Of a DNA stretch of 52,843 bases, positions 39,262 to 50,539 are shown piece after piece. Location: positions 1 through 52,843 of the forward strand of contig NW_021833872.1 of NCBI RefSeq assembly GCF_006345805.1, given 5' to 3'. The stretch comes from Octopus sinensis (Eukaryota). Every line of letters starts with the position of its first letter. The first letter of the stretch is position 1. The notes beneath the pieces were generated by a model, which saw only the letters and a list, made by a program, of their open reading frames with translations, had not been told where the DNA came from and ran no database searches. Both the position numbers and the translations under genes were made by a program.

Positions 39262-41114
39262 AAATAAGATTAAGATTAATGTAAAAAAAATAAATAAAAC
39301 TGAAGTAAATTAACACCAAATATATAGTGCTTGTGTTTTTATTGGCTAAATTGATAACATGACCATCTCTAAATACAATATTTTTTATAGTTTTTTAAAA
39401 TTTTAATTTCCCTTTTTTTTTTGCTAGTTATAAATAATTTACCATATTTGATGGCATTTAAGACACAGTTCTTTCTTAAACCTTTAGCATTCAGATTACT
39501 TTGCCAAGTGTAATGCTTATCTTGTTGTTTTGAGATTTCAATGATGTGGCCGTATATTTTTACAATGATATTGTAAGGTAGGTGTGAGAGGCTGGATCTG
39601 GCCAGTCTGAGCATAAAACAGGTAGAATGTTTGGGCTGAATATTGTTGGTTTAAATGGAAAAAGGTGGAAAAGAAATATTTCAAAAAAAAAAAAAGAAAA
39701 AAAAGGAAATAACCCCAAGTCCTATGTGCAAAGAATAGGCCACCCCTAACATTTAATGCAATAAAAACACTTCTTTTTTGATGTGCTGCAGACATTGGGG
39801 TGCATCTAATATACCCTCATACATCTTTTATGCCATCAAATACAGTGAGTAGTCGTGAAGTGCAGAGTGTGGGTGAGGCATTTGGTGATGGATATTGATT
39901 GCTGATCTGTTAATGATATCGTTATAACCGGGATTAATCATCAGCATCATCATTATCATTTAACATCCGTTTTCCTTGCTGGCATGGATTGGATGGTTTG
40001 ACCAGAAACTGGTAAGCTGGGGAAGCTGCACCAGGTACCAAATCTGATTTGACATGGTTTCTATGGCTGGATGCCCTTCATAATGAAAACCGCTCCAAGA
40101 GTGTAGTGGGTACTTGTTACGTGCCACTGGCATGGCTGACAGTTATGTAACACCGGCATTGGCCACAACTACAAACTCACTTGGCCTGACAGATCTTCGC
40201 AAGCATGATATATTGTCAAAGGTCTCGGTCACTTGTTGCAGCCTCTGTGAGGGCCCAACATTTGAATGGTGCTTTTTACAAGCCAGTTACATGGAATGAG
40301 GAGGGGAGGATGGAAGTAGTACTTTCAGAAGACCAGGAAAAAGAACTCAAGGAAGAACTTAAAGGTATTTATTTGTTAATAAGGGGAAGGTTAAAAGGGG
40401 ATAGGGGATATGAACTGGAGAAAAAACAGGGGGGTGAAACTAAAGGACTACTTAACGTTTGGACTGATTTAGGGAAGGAGGGGACAGGTAAGTGATGGTA
40501 ATTGATGGGGCCCCGTTAACATCGCTTTCATTTCTCATTTTCACATCTTTTCATCTTTCATCATACATTTCTGAATTTTTTTGGTTTTGAGTCCCCAAAG
40601 TTTGTGATGTCCCCTTTATGTAAACTCTTTATGGGAAATAAAAAAAAAATAACTACTAGTATTGGCCATGACCATGATTTCACTTGACTTGACGGGTCTT
40701 CTCAAGTACAATACTTTGATAAAGAACAGTCGGTGTTACGGAGCCTAATGGATTATCTACACACTCTCTCTTCTACCTCAATATCGCTGCTATTCTAGAG
40801 GTGAACATAAATCTTAAATGACACATGCGAACATAGCACAATATCCACACATACTTATACATATATGCTTATATATATTTACAGACATATATAATATACA
40901 TACACATACATGTATGTATGTATATTTATTTCACATAAATTAACATATATATGTTTCCTTATTACCCACAAGGGGCGGAACACAGAGTGGACAAACAAGG
41001 ACAGACAAACGGATTAAGTCGATTACATCGACCCCAGTGCGTAACTGGTACTTAATTTATCGATCCCGAAAGGATGAAAGGCAAAGTTGACCTCGGCGGA
41101 ATTTGAACATATAT

Positions 41115-41146
<32 letters not shown>

Positions 41147-41455
41147 TTATACACATATATATAAACACTAACATATATATATACACACATATAAAATTGT
41201 AATTTCTGACCATATCATAAGTTTGGAAGTGAAGTAAATTAATTAAATCAACCCCCAATACATCACTGGTAATTATTTTAGCAATCTTAACAGTATGAAA
41301 AACAAATTTGATCTTGGAGGGATTTGAAGTGTAAATATAAAGAGCCACAATTAAACACCACAAGGTATTTTGTTTGATACTCAAACACCTGATAATTAAT
41401 AAGTAATAGCCTTACATAACTAAAATAACATTGCATGAGGTTAGGCATATTTCTA

Positions 41456-41488
<33 letters not shown>

Positions 41489-41888
41489 ATGTGAGGTGGA
41501 CGACCTTGACCTTGAAAAGTACTTTGACCTGACATTTATCCTAATGCGGTTCAAATGCAGAACAGGGTGCAGCAGTTATGATGGTAATGTCAAAACAAAC
41601 TAGGAAAAAAAAACAAACAAATAACGGTCTCGAACTTTGGCACAAGGCCAGCAATTTCAAGAGCATGAACTAATCAATTTTATCTATCCCAGTGTTCAAC
41701 AGGTGCCTAATTTATTGACCCCCAAAAGGATTAATGGTAAAGATGACCTAGGTGGAATTTGAACCCAGAATGTAAAGTTGGATGAAATGCTGCCAAGCAT
41801 TTTGCCCAGCTGCTAAAGATTCTACCAGCTCACTGCCTAATAGTAATAATAATATAATAATAATAATAATAATAATAATGATAATAAC

Positions 41889-41955
<67 letters not shown>

Positions 41956-41957
<2 letters not shown>

Positions 41958-42510
41958 GCCCTGATGCAGTACCAGGCAGTGGCTCTCATGGCTTCTGATC
42001 TTAACTGATTGGAAGTGTTATCATGTACATTGTTTTGTCTTGGTATAAAAGATGGGCTACAGCAAATATTCTGCTCAATACCACAGATTTGCTTGTCAGT
42101 TGTTTGACCTTAACCAGTTGAGCATGTCCCTTAGTGGCTGACGATATGTGCATCTCTGATCATGAGCAGAAGTAGTGGGGGAGCATCATAGCCATGTGTT
42201 GAGACGGATTCTTTGGGGTTGAATAGTTCACCTCTGGAAACATGGGTGGTTCTTTCAACATCCTTAAACAACCCTTATTCAGGGACCTTTTGAGCGGGAT
42301 GGGCTACTCAACCTGAAGAAAATTCTAACTGGGCCCCACCTGCAAGGTCATGTGCTGTTTATCTTGATATGAGATCACCATGTCGCGCACATATGGTTGT
42401 GATGCATGTGTCTGGTGTACCCTTATCAGACGGGTAGTCATGATGGGTATATTGGGCTTCGTATATTTTACCCCAGTGTCACTTTGATGGCATGAACTGC
42501 TCTCTTACTC
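41956..42510 (+). mobile_element. Full-length copy of a ~555-bp non-coding element inserted in (TAA)n
   Basis: It begins atgccctgatgcagtacc, ends ctgctctcttactc, and is embedded in TAA arrays. Related copies are at 2428-2958 (-), 18222-18880 (+) and 46241-46742 (+). Confidence 0.8.
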
Positions 42511-43517
42511 AATAATAATAATAATAATAATAATAGTAATAATAATAATAATAATAATAATGTCTCCAACATTGTATAGAGTTATGTTGAATATTGTATA
42601 CTCTTTTACTTGTTTCAGTCATTTGACTGCGGCCATGCTGGAGCACCGCCTTTAGTTGAGCAAATCGACCCCAGGACTTATTCTTTGTAAGCCTAGTACT
42701 TATTCTATCGGTTGCTTTTGCTGAACCGTTGAGTTAAGTTACGAGGACGTAAACACACCAGCATCGGTTGTCAAGCAATGCTAGGGGGACAAACACAGAC
42801 ACACAAACATATACACACACATTGTATTGGCATCCTTTCTGTCTCGGGAGACAATGGAGTTGTGCATGTTTTTTTTCTTTTTTTTTTTTTTTTTTCTAGG
42901 TCTAGTCCGTCCGGCTGTTATATTTTATTTCCTGTTACATTTCTTGCTGTGGCTGTGTAGTCAAAAAAAAAAAAAAAAAAATGTAACAGGAAATATATAT
43001 ATACAGCGGTTCGGCAAAAGAGACCGATAGAATAAGTACTGGGCTTACAAAAGAATAAGTCCCGGGGTCGAGTTGCTCGATTAAAGGCGGTGCTCCAGCA
43101 TGGCCGCAGTCAAATGACTGAAACAAGTAAAAGAGTAAAAGAGTAAAAGAGTATATATACGACGGGCTTCTTTCAGTTTCCGACTACCAAAGGCTTTGGT
43201 CAGCCGGAGACTATAGTAGAAAACAAGTACCCAAGGTGCCATGCAGTGGGACTTAACCCAGAACCATGTGGTTGGTAAGCAAGCTACTTACAACATACAT
43301 ACATATAAATATATACACACATCTATATATAAACACTCACACATACAGGTATACACCACACACACCCACCTATATATATATACCTACACACACACACATA
43401 TCTATGGTACTGTTGTTGGCAATTACACCCAATTTGGTTTTGCCAATTTTAGAAAGACGAACAAACACTTACATGAGGTTGTCACCATACATATGTCACA
43501 GCTCAGTTGTCATCACC

Positions 43518-43548
<31 letters not shown>

Positions 43549-43893
43549 GCTGCCATTAATTAGTGGTCATCACTATACACATATAGCTGCCATGGGTTAA
43601 TAGTAATCAACGTATTTACTACTGGTCGTTATCACGTTTTTCAATGCTTACATGTGTTGGACAGATCTTTCCCATTAGGTCTTCTTGTACCACTTATTCT
43701 TATCACTTCATCAAGAGGGTAGGCAGTATTGATGGCCCTTAAAGGGATATAATCCTTAAACTAGACATTTGGCCTGAATGCTTGCCTCACTGCAGGTTTT
43801 GCTAAAGACACCCAAGGACCAGGAGGCAGGGTATATCAGGCAACAAATTAAGTCTATTTCCCAAGTATGGGATTTGAACTTGGTTCCCAAATA

Positions 43894-44167
43894 CCATTGA
43901 TTGTAGTCCCGTATTATCTCTTTTGTAAGGTCCAACCTCATGTTATAGGCCTTCCACTGATTGCAGTTCCTTATCATCTCTTTTGGGAGGTCCAAACACC
44001 TGTGACAGGCTTTCCACTGACTAAAGTCCCTTCTCTCTTTTGTAAGGTCCAATCTCCTGTGACAGACTTTCCACTGAGTGCAGACCCTTATCACTTTCGT
44101 GAGATCCGACCTTCTGTGACAGGTTTTCTACCGGTTGAAATTCCTTCTCTCTTTTAAGGCCCAACCT
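43894..44167. repeat. 57-60-bp minisatellite, about five diverged units
   Basis: The unit resembles ccactgattgcagttccttatcatctcttttgtaaggtccaacctcctgtgacaggcttt. Confidence 0.75.
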
Positions 44168-44179
44168 ACCTCCAACAAT

Positions 44180-44548
44180 AGCTTGAGAGGCGGTTGGATG
44201 GAACTTACACTCGCCTCCTTATGAGAGCTCAAAATCTCTCGTGGAAGCGTCATCCAACCAAAGTACAAATATATGGGAAATTGCCACCCGTATCATCTCT
44301 TGTGAAAGGTAGGAGAGTCCAGTTTGCTGGACATTGTTGTAGAGCTGAAAACGAGGTAATTTCTACTCTTCTCCTCTGGAAGCCATCTGCTCGCGATACC
44401 AGAGGGCGTACACTCTCCTACCCTGATGTAATCTCCAGGGATACAGGCATCCAGCAACAGGACCTCTGTAATGCTATGATGGACCGTGAGGTCTGGCATA
44501 ACATAGTAAATTCCATTGTCTCGACCATGGTCGAACAATGAATGAATG
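44180..44548 (+). mobile_element. 5'-truncated RTE-like LINE 3' end, copy 2
   Basis: Closely similar to 21541-21930 (ORF 44194-44541), with the same stop and a tgaatgaatga tail. Confidence 0.8.
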
Positions 44549-44559
44549 AAAGGCCTTCA

Positions 44560-44855
44560 CCGCTTCTTGCCACATCTTCAGCTTCCAGAATTCTTTCCAC
44601 TTGGATCACTCGGCACATCTTCTACAGTTCTTCCCACTTGGATCATTCGGCACATCTTTATTCCACTGTTACCTTCCACACACATCATAGGGCTGTAGGA
44701 CATACCAGGGAGGTGTCCTCTCTTACAAACACTATATCTCATTACTATGATATTTAACCTTTCCTGCAGTTCATTTGACCTCTGACATTCATGCACCCTA
44801 ATGTTACACATACAGAGAAGCATATTCACATCACCCAACATCCTGATCACCAAAC
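44560..44855 (-). mobile_element. Degenerate RTE LINE C-terminal fragment
   Basis: NMLLCMCNIRVHECQRSNELQERLNI resembles the RTE MLRWMCNVSV...LREKL region. It is heavily mutated. Confidence 0.5.
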
Positions 44856-44916
44856 ATATTTACTACCACTTATTATCAAATTGAAATAAACTGAGCTGAA
44901 AAGGGAGCCTCTAAAT

Positions 44917-45135
44917 CAGTGGTTCTCAACTGAGGTTCATATGACCTTTAGGGGTCCATATAAGATTTAGTTGCAATACACAGAATGTTTTGATTTTTTA
45001 ATACAATTCCTAATAATATTTAATTATAAAAATGCAATAAGGTTTATTATATGTACAGAGAATGGTTATGAAGGTCCAGTAGAGCGAAAAAGGGATCAAA
45101 GGGTCCAAAGCAAGAAAATGGTTGAAAACCTCCTG
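44917..45135. mobile_element. hAT-type MITE
   Basis: The ends are cagtggttctcaac / gttgaaaacctcctg, with an 8-bp TSD ctctaaat / ctcaaaat. Related ends occur at 16569 and 29935. Confidence 0.65.
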
Positions 45136-45733
45136 CTCAAAATAGTCATCTGATTTACTAGAAATATCAGCCAAATCTCACCTAAATCACAACCTAGCAT
45201 CATAAAAAAGGATTTGTTGGTTAATGTGGTTCTGAGTTCCCAACACAAAAAATAAAGATAGGGTGGTCACAGCTGGAAAGCTTTTGATCATAAGTTTGTT
45301 CAATAATGATTGATCTGTGGCTCTGTAACAACAACAACAATGTGAAAAATATTTATTACCGATTATCATAGAAGCCAACCTTCAATGGTCACTCGAGACT
45401 GATTAGCGTTAAGGCCACCAGCCACTGCCATTTCATTTCTCTCAATACTTCTTGACCATACGATGGTAATGGTCAAAGCATTGGTTTAGCTGTTGGTAAC
45501 ACATGAAGGTATCAACAAGGGCGGAAATAAATTGAGAGAGAGTGGTGTATGAAATGGTGGGAGAGAAAAGGAAAAGGAGAGATGGAAAGATCAAAAGAGC
45601 AAAACTGTGATTGAAAGAAAGAAAGAAAAAAAATATCAGCAGCAGAATTCAAGAGGAGACTACAATGTAGAGTGATTAATTAGGTAATGAATAATGAAGC
45701 AGAGAATGAGGGATACGTAACATAAAATGACAG

Positions 45734-45774
<41 letters not shown>

Positions 45775-46187
45775 CATGTGTGTATGCGTACATATGTCAT
45801 TCTATCTATCTATTTATCTATCTATCTGTCCAGGCAATTTTGGCTACTTTTTATGATGAGTTGTAGTGCACCTGGACACTATACACAATAAACAATAATG
45901 ATGATGATATTAATAATAATAATAATAATAATATCATAATAATAATATCATAGTAGGTGCATTAGGCATGATAAAAAAATATTCAATCAAATACATAACA
46001 AAAACACCAGGACTTACAAACACATATAACATACAGAAAATTGCACTACTAGGCACTGCACACATCCTACGCAGAACACTTTCCATACAATAACCATCAG
46101 AGCATCACAACAAATCACAGCACATACCCAAGGCACACAGAGCTGTGCTCAGTAGTGAAGTGAAAGCACGCTATGAAAATAAAACTA

Positions 46188-46225
<38 letters not shown>

Positions 46226-46240
46226 TAATAATAATAAGAC

Positions 46241-46742
46241 TGGAAGTGTTATCATGTACATTGTTTTGTCTTGGTATAAAAGATGGGCTACAGCAAATAT
46301 TCTGCTCAATACCACAGATTTGCTTGTCAGTTGTTTGACCTTAACCAGTTGAGCATGTCCCTTGGTGGCTGACGATATGTGCATCTCTGATCACAAGCAG
46401 AAGTAGTGGGGGAGCATCATAGCCTTGTGTTGAGAGGGATTCTTTGGGGTTTTAATAATTCACCTCTGGAAACATGGGTGTTTCGTTCAATATCCTTAAA
46501 CAACACTTATTCAGGGACCTTTTGAGTGGGATGAGTTACTCGACCAGAAGAAAATTCTAAATGGGCCCCACCTGCAAGGTCATGCACTGTTTATCTTGAT
46601 ATGTGATCACCATGTCGCGCACACATGGTTGTGATGCATGTGCCTAGTTTACCCTTATCAGACGGGTAGTCATGATGGGTATACTGGGCTTCGTATATTT
46701 TACCCCAGTGTCACTATGATGGCATGTACTGCTCTCTTACTC
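46241..46742 (+). mobile_element. (TAA)n-associated element, 5'-truncated
   Basis: It lacks the first ~50 nt, has an intact 3' end, and has TAA arrays on both sides. Confidence 0.8.
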
Positions 46743-46772
46743 AATAATAATAATAATAATAATAATAATAAG

Positions 46773-47060
46773 AGCTCAGATACCAGGAAACTCCAAAATG
46801 GCAGAAATTCAAAAGATAGTGTTCATGGGAACTGCCCATATCCTATGCAAAATACTTTCTATGTAATCTCAAGTTTTAAAAGAAATATAATTTTCGCATG
46901 GTTTTTCTAGACATTCACTAGTACAACACTAAGTACAAAACCAAATATATGACACCCTCGGCATAACACCAACACGAACTTCCAACTTGTTGTCTCTTGA
47001 GGTCTCTGGGTGAGACTTGGAGCCAACTCGTACAAATGTAAAGCAAAAGTCAAACATAGA
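46773..47060 (+). mobile_element. 3' fragment of an R4/Dong-like non-LTR retrotransposon inserted in (TAA)n
   Basis: It reads EIQKIVFMGTAHILCKILSM-stop, the R4-clade C-terminal QKxxLLGTAHILR motif, followed by a 3' UTR. TAA repeats flank both sides, as is known for Dong. Confidence 0.7.
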
Positions 47061-47076
47061 ATAATAATAATAATAA

Positions 47077-47114
<38 letters not shown>

Positions 47115-47805
47115 TAATCCTTTCTACTGAAGGTACAAGGCCTAAAATTTGGGGGAGAGGACTAGTCAATTATATTGACACCCCACCTCCCTAGTATGTA
47201 ACTAGTACTTATTCCTTTCAGAGTCGATGAAATAAATACTAGTTATGAACTGAGGTCGATGTAATCAACTAATCCTTTCTCCACCAAATTTCAAGCCTTG
47301 TGCCTTCTGTAGAAAGGATTATTATTATTATTATCATCACCATCATCATCATAACTACTATCATCTATCTATCTGTCTATCATGTATATGTGTGTGTGTG
47401 CATGTGTACACGCAGGTATGTGAGTATGTGTGTATGTATAGCGTAATGTAATGTCACTGCATAGAAAATATTTTATGTAACCATGTATAAAATGTTATTA
47501 ATAATGCACATGAATTTATAAATTTATAGAGGTATATATGTAAATGTATTTACAAATGTATGTACATGCTCATTTACATAATATAAATGTATATACATAT
47601 AGAACTATAATTATATGTACATATATATACATACTCTCACACACACACACACACACACATACATACATATCAATCAAAGTGTCCAGTATTATATATCCAT
47701 TATGACCAATCTTATCAACTGCTTTCGTACTAGGGTTTGAACAGGGTGTTAGGTAACCGTCCGATTATGTAACCCTGCACTCGTCAGAGGTAGCCGTTAT
47801 GGAAC

Positions 47806-47868
<63 letters not shown>

Positions 47869-47934
47869 GTATATTAGTAGAGTAGTAGTATAGTTTTCAT
47901 AAAGCATGGTTTGGCACATATAAATGCTTTCAAA

Positions 47935-47940
47935 TTTATT
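47935..47940 (-). promoter_or_regulatory. Candidate poly(A) signal of the SLC18B1-like transcript
   Basis: First AATAAA I found on the minus strand downstream of the stop codon at 48787. Not verified by transcript data. Confidence 0.35.
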
Positions 47941-48786
47941 TTATAAAGCACAAAACAATGCAAGTCGAAAGTTTATAATTTTACAAACTATCAACACATA
48001 CTTATTCTTACAACTTCATTGTTTTGGCTTTATAAAAAAATTAAAAAAATTATGTAAAAACATTTATGTATGTATGTGCGTGTGTATATATATATATATA
48101 TATATATACATATATATACACACATACATATATATATACATATACATGCATATACATATATATATATACATATACATACATATACATACATATACATATA
48201 TACATATACATACACATATAACACATACATATATATACATATACATATATATACATATACGTACATATACTATACATACATATACATACATATCCATATA
48301 CATACATATCATCATCATCATCATCTTTAGCGTCCGCTTTCCATGCTAGCATGGGTTGGACGATTCTACTGGGGTCTGTGAAGCCAGAAGGCTTCATCAG
48401 GCCCAGTCAAATCTGGCAGTGTTTGACTGGGCCTGATGAAGCCTTCTGGCTTCACAGACCCCAGTAGAACCGTCCAACCCATATACATATATATACATAT
48501 ACATACATATACATATACATACATATACATACATACATATATATATAATTATATATATATATATATATATAATAGAAATATTAAAATTACTAAGTCTCTC
48601 TAAAGGAGATTACGCCATCGTTACTGGATATTAATAGTTATCGCCATACTAATATGGTAGTCTATAAATATAAGACTAAAGTATGGCGATAACTATATAT
48701 ATATATATATATATTGTCCATAACATTTGCAACAACTTTCATAAAGATTACTAAATTCTTTGTCTAAATTAAAAAGATCATTCAAT

Positions 48787-48891
48787 TTAAACTTCCTCTT
48801 CAGGTTTCTCAACAGTTTCCTCAGCAAGTTGAGTCTGTGTTGGTAAAATGAAATTCTTCTTAATAAGAGTTAGAATTAATAACAACGTACC
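48787..48891 (-). CDS. SLC18B1: Terminal coding exon of the SLC18B1-like gene
   Basis: The acceptor is ttttttttttctgttttcag|. It reads GTLLLILTLIKKNFILPTQTQLAEETVEKPEEEV-TAA, completing the last TM helix and an acidic tail, in frame with the 50481-50388 exon. Upstream exons must lie beyond the right edge of the window. Confidence 0.8.
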   Translation of the reverse strand, partial: GTLLLILTLIKKNFILPTQTQLAEETVEKPEEEV

Positions 48892-49119
48892 CTGAAAACA
48901 GAAAAAAAAAATGTTTTACATATACATTTATATTTGTACATGTGTGTGTATGTGTGCGTGTGTGGTGTGTGTGTTTGCACCTTTGTAGTGGATATGCAGA
49001 CAAGTCATGCTTACCTATATCTCTGTCAATTGAAAAAAAGTGACATAAGCATTATAAAGTGTAGTTTGTCGGATCCTTATACATTGAAACTTATAGGAAA
49101 GTCCAATGTGGAATCATGA

Positions 49120-49670
49120 TCATCATCGCTTAACGTCCACTTTCCATGCTAGCATGGGTTGGACGATTTGACTGAGGACTGGTGAACCAGATGGCTGCAC
49201 CAGGCTCCAATCTTGATCTAGCAGAGTTTCTACAGCTGGATGCCCTTCCTAATGCCAACTACTCCGAGAGTGTAGTAGGTACTTTTACGTGCCACTGGCA
49301 TGAGGGCCAGTCAGGCAGTATTGGCAACGGCCACGCTCAAATGGTGCTTTTTATGTGCCACCTACACAGGAGCCAGTCCAGCGGCATTGGCAATGACCTC
49401 GTTTGAATGTTTTTCCATGTGCCACCGGCATAAGTGCCAGTAAGGTGACGTTGGTAACGATCACACTCGAGTGGGGCTTTTTACGCGCCACCGGCACAAG
49501 AGCCAGTCCAGCGGCACTGGCAATGACCTCGCTCGAATGCTTTTTCATGTGCCACCGGCATAAGTGCCAGTAAGGTGACGTTGGTAACGATCACGCTCGA
49601 ATGGTGCTTTTTACATGCCACCGACACAGAAACCAGTTAGCCGCACTGGCAACGATCACGCTCGGATGGT
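49120..49670 (-). mobile_element. (GAT)n-tailed retroposon with an internal ~55-65-bp GC-rich minisatellite
   Basis: It contains the conserved ctggatgcccttcctaa(t/c)gccaac block, a (cat)n end and repeated gtgccaccggca units. Copies are at 9492-9810, 19947-20420, 24250-24460, 24737-24990, 35650-36160 (+) and 39945-40300. Confidence 0.7.
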
Positions 49671-49770
49671 GGAATATATTTATATAAGTGTGTCTGTGTG
49701 TCTTGTGTGTGTTGTAATATAACAAAGAAAAGAATATACATTTGATACACTTTTATAATATAATATAATG

Positions 49771-50152
49771 TGTGGAGGTGCAATGGCCCAGTGGTTAGGG
49801 CAGCGGACTCGCGGTCATAGGATCGCGGTTTCGATTCCCAGACCGGGTGTTGTGAGTGTTTATTGAGCGAAAACACCTATAGCTCCACGAGGCTCCGGTA
49901 GGGATGGTGGTGATCCCTGCTGTACTCTTTCACCACAACTTTCTCTCACTCTTACTTCCTGTTTCTGTTGTACCTGTACTTCAAAGGGCCGGCCTTGTCA
50001 CTCTTTGTGTCACGCTGGATATCCCCGAGAACTACGTTAAGGGTACACGTGTCTGTGGAGTGCTCAGCCACTTACACGTTAATTTCACGAGCAGGCTGTT
50101 CCGTTGATTCGGATCAACCGGAACCCTTGTTGTTGTAACCGATGGAGCGCTT
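49771..50152 (+). mobile_element. tRNA-derived SINE (third family; possibly octopus OR-type)
   Basis: The head ggaggtgcaatggcccagtggttagggcagcggactcgcggtcataggatcgcggtttcgattccc has A/B boxes. Related copies are at 33870-34195 (-), 32290-32610 (+) and 14905-15000. Confidence 0.75.
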
Positions 50153-50387
50153 CCATCCATAATATAATGTGAATATATTATAATATAGTATAATATAATG
50201 TGAATATATTATAATATAGTATAATATAATGTGAATATTATCAGTCAGTGTTCTGTAACAGAACACCATGCTGCCTGACTGATTGTAGCAACACAGAAGT
50301 TTATATGAACTCATTTGTATGACCTATAATTGTATCGACAGTTAAAATTTTTATATACTCATTAGTAAGATACATGATTGTACTTAC

Positions 50388-50481
50388 GGAAAAAACCATA
50401 AAACCAGATCCGACAATAGAGGCCCACTCAAATCCCAGTTTTTCATTTAATGCACCACCGACAAACGGTCCTAGAAAGGCT
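50388..50481 (-). CDS. SLC18B1: Penultimate coding exon of an SLC18B1-like MFS transporter (vesicular polyamine transporter family)
   Basis: The acceptor is ttctttctacag| and the donor is TCC|gtaagt. The 94 nt (1+93) read (G)AFLGPFVGGALNEKLGFEWASIVGSGFMVFS, matching my recollection of the SLC18B1 C-terminal motif GAFMGPTLGGFLYEKIGFEWA. The phase-0 end joins the next exon in frame. Confidence 0.85.
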
Positions 50482-50502
50482 CTGTAGAAAGAAACAATAA
50501 CA

Positions 50503-50539
<37 letters not shown>

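Noticed and set aside
40290-40495. Glu/Lys-rich ORF
   Set aside because: It is a purine-rich stretch fused to a retroposon copy, with no splice sites or recognisable domain.
48432-48455. CTGATGA-agcc-ttct-ggct as a hammerhead
   Set aside because: The hairpin is followed by TCAC, not GAAA, and the motif is a by-product of the inverted repeat.
49771-49845. tRNA-like sequence as a real tRNA gene
   Set aside because: It has A/B boxes but no proper acceptor stem or cloverleaf, and continues into a SINE body with several dispersed copies.
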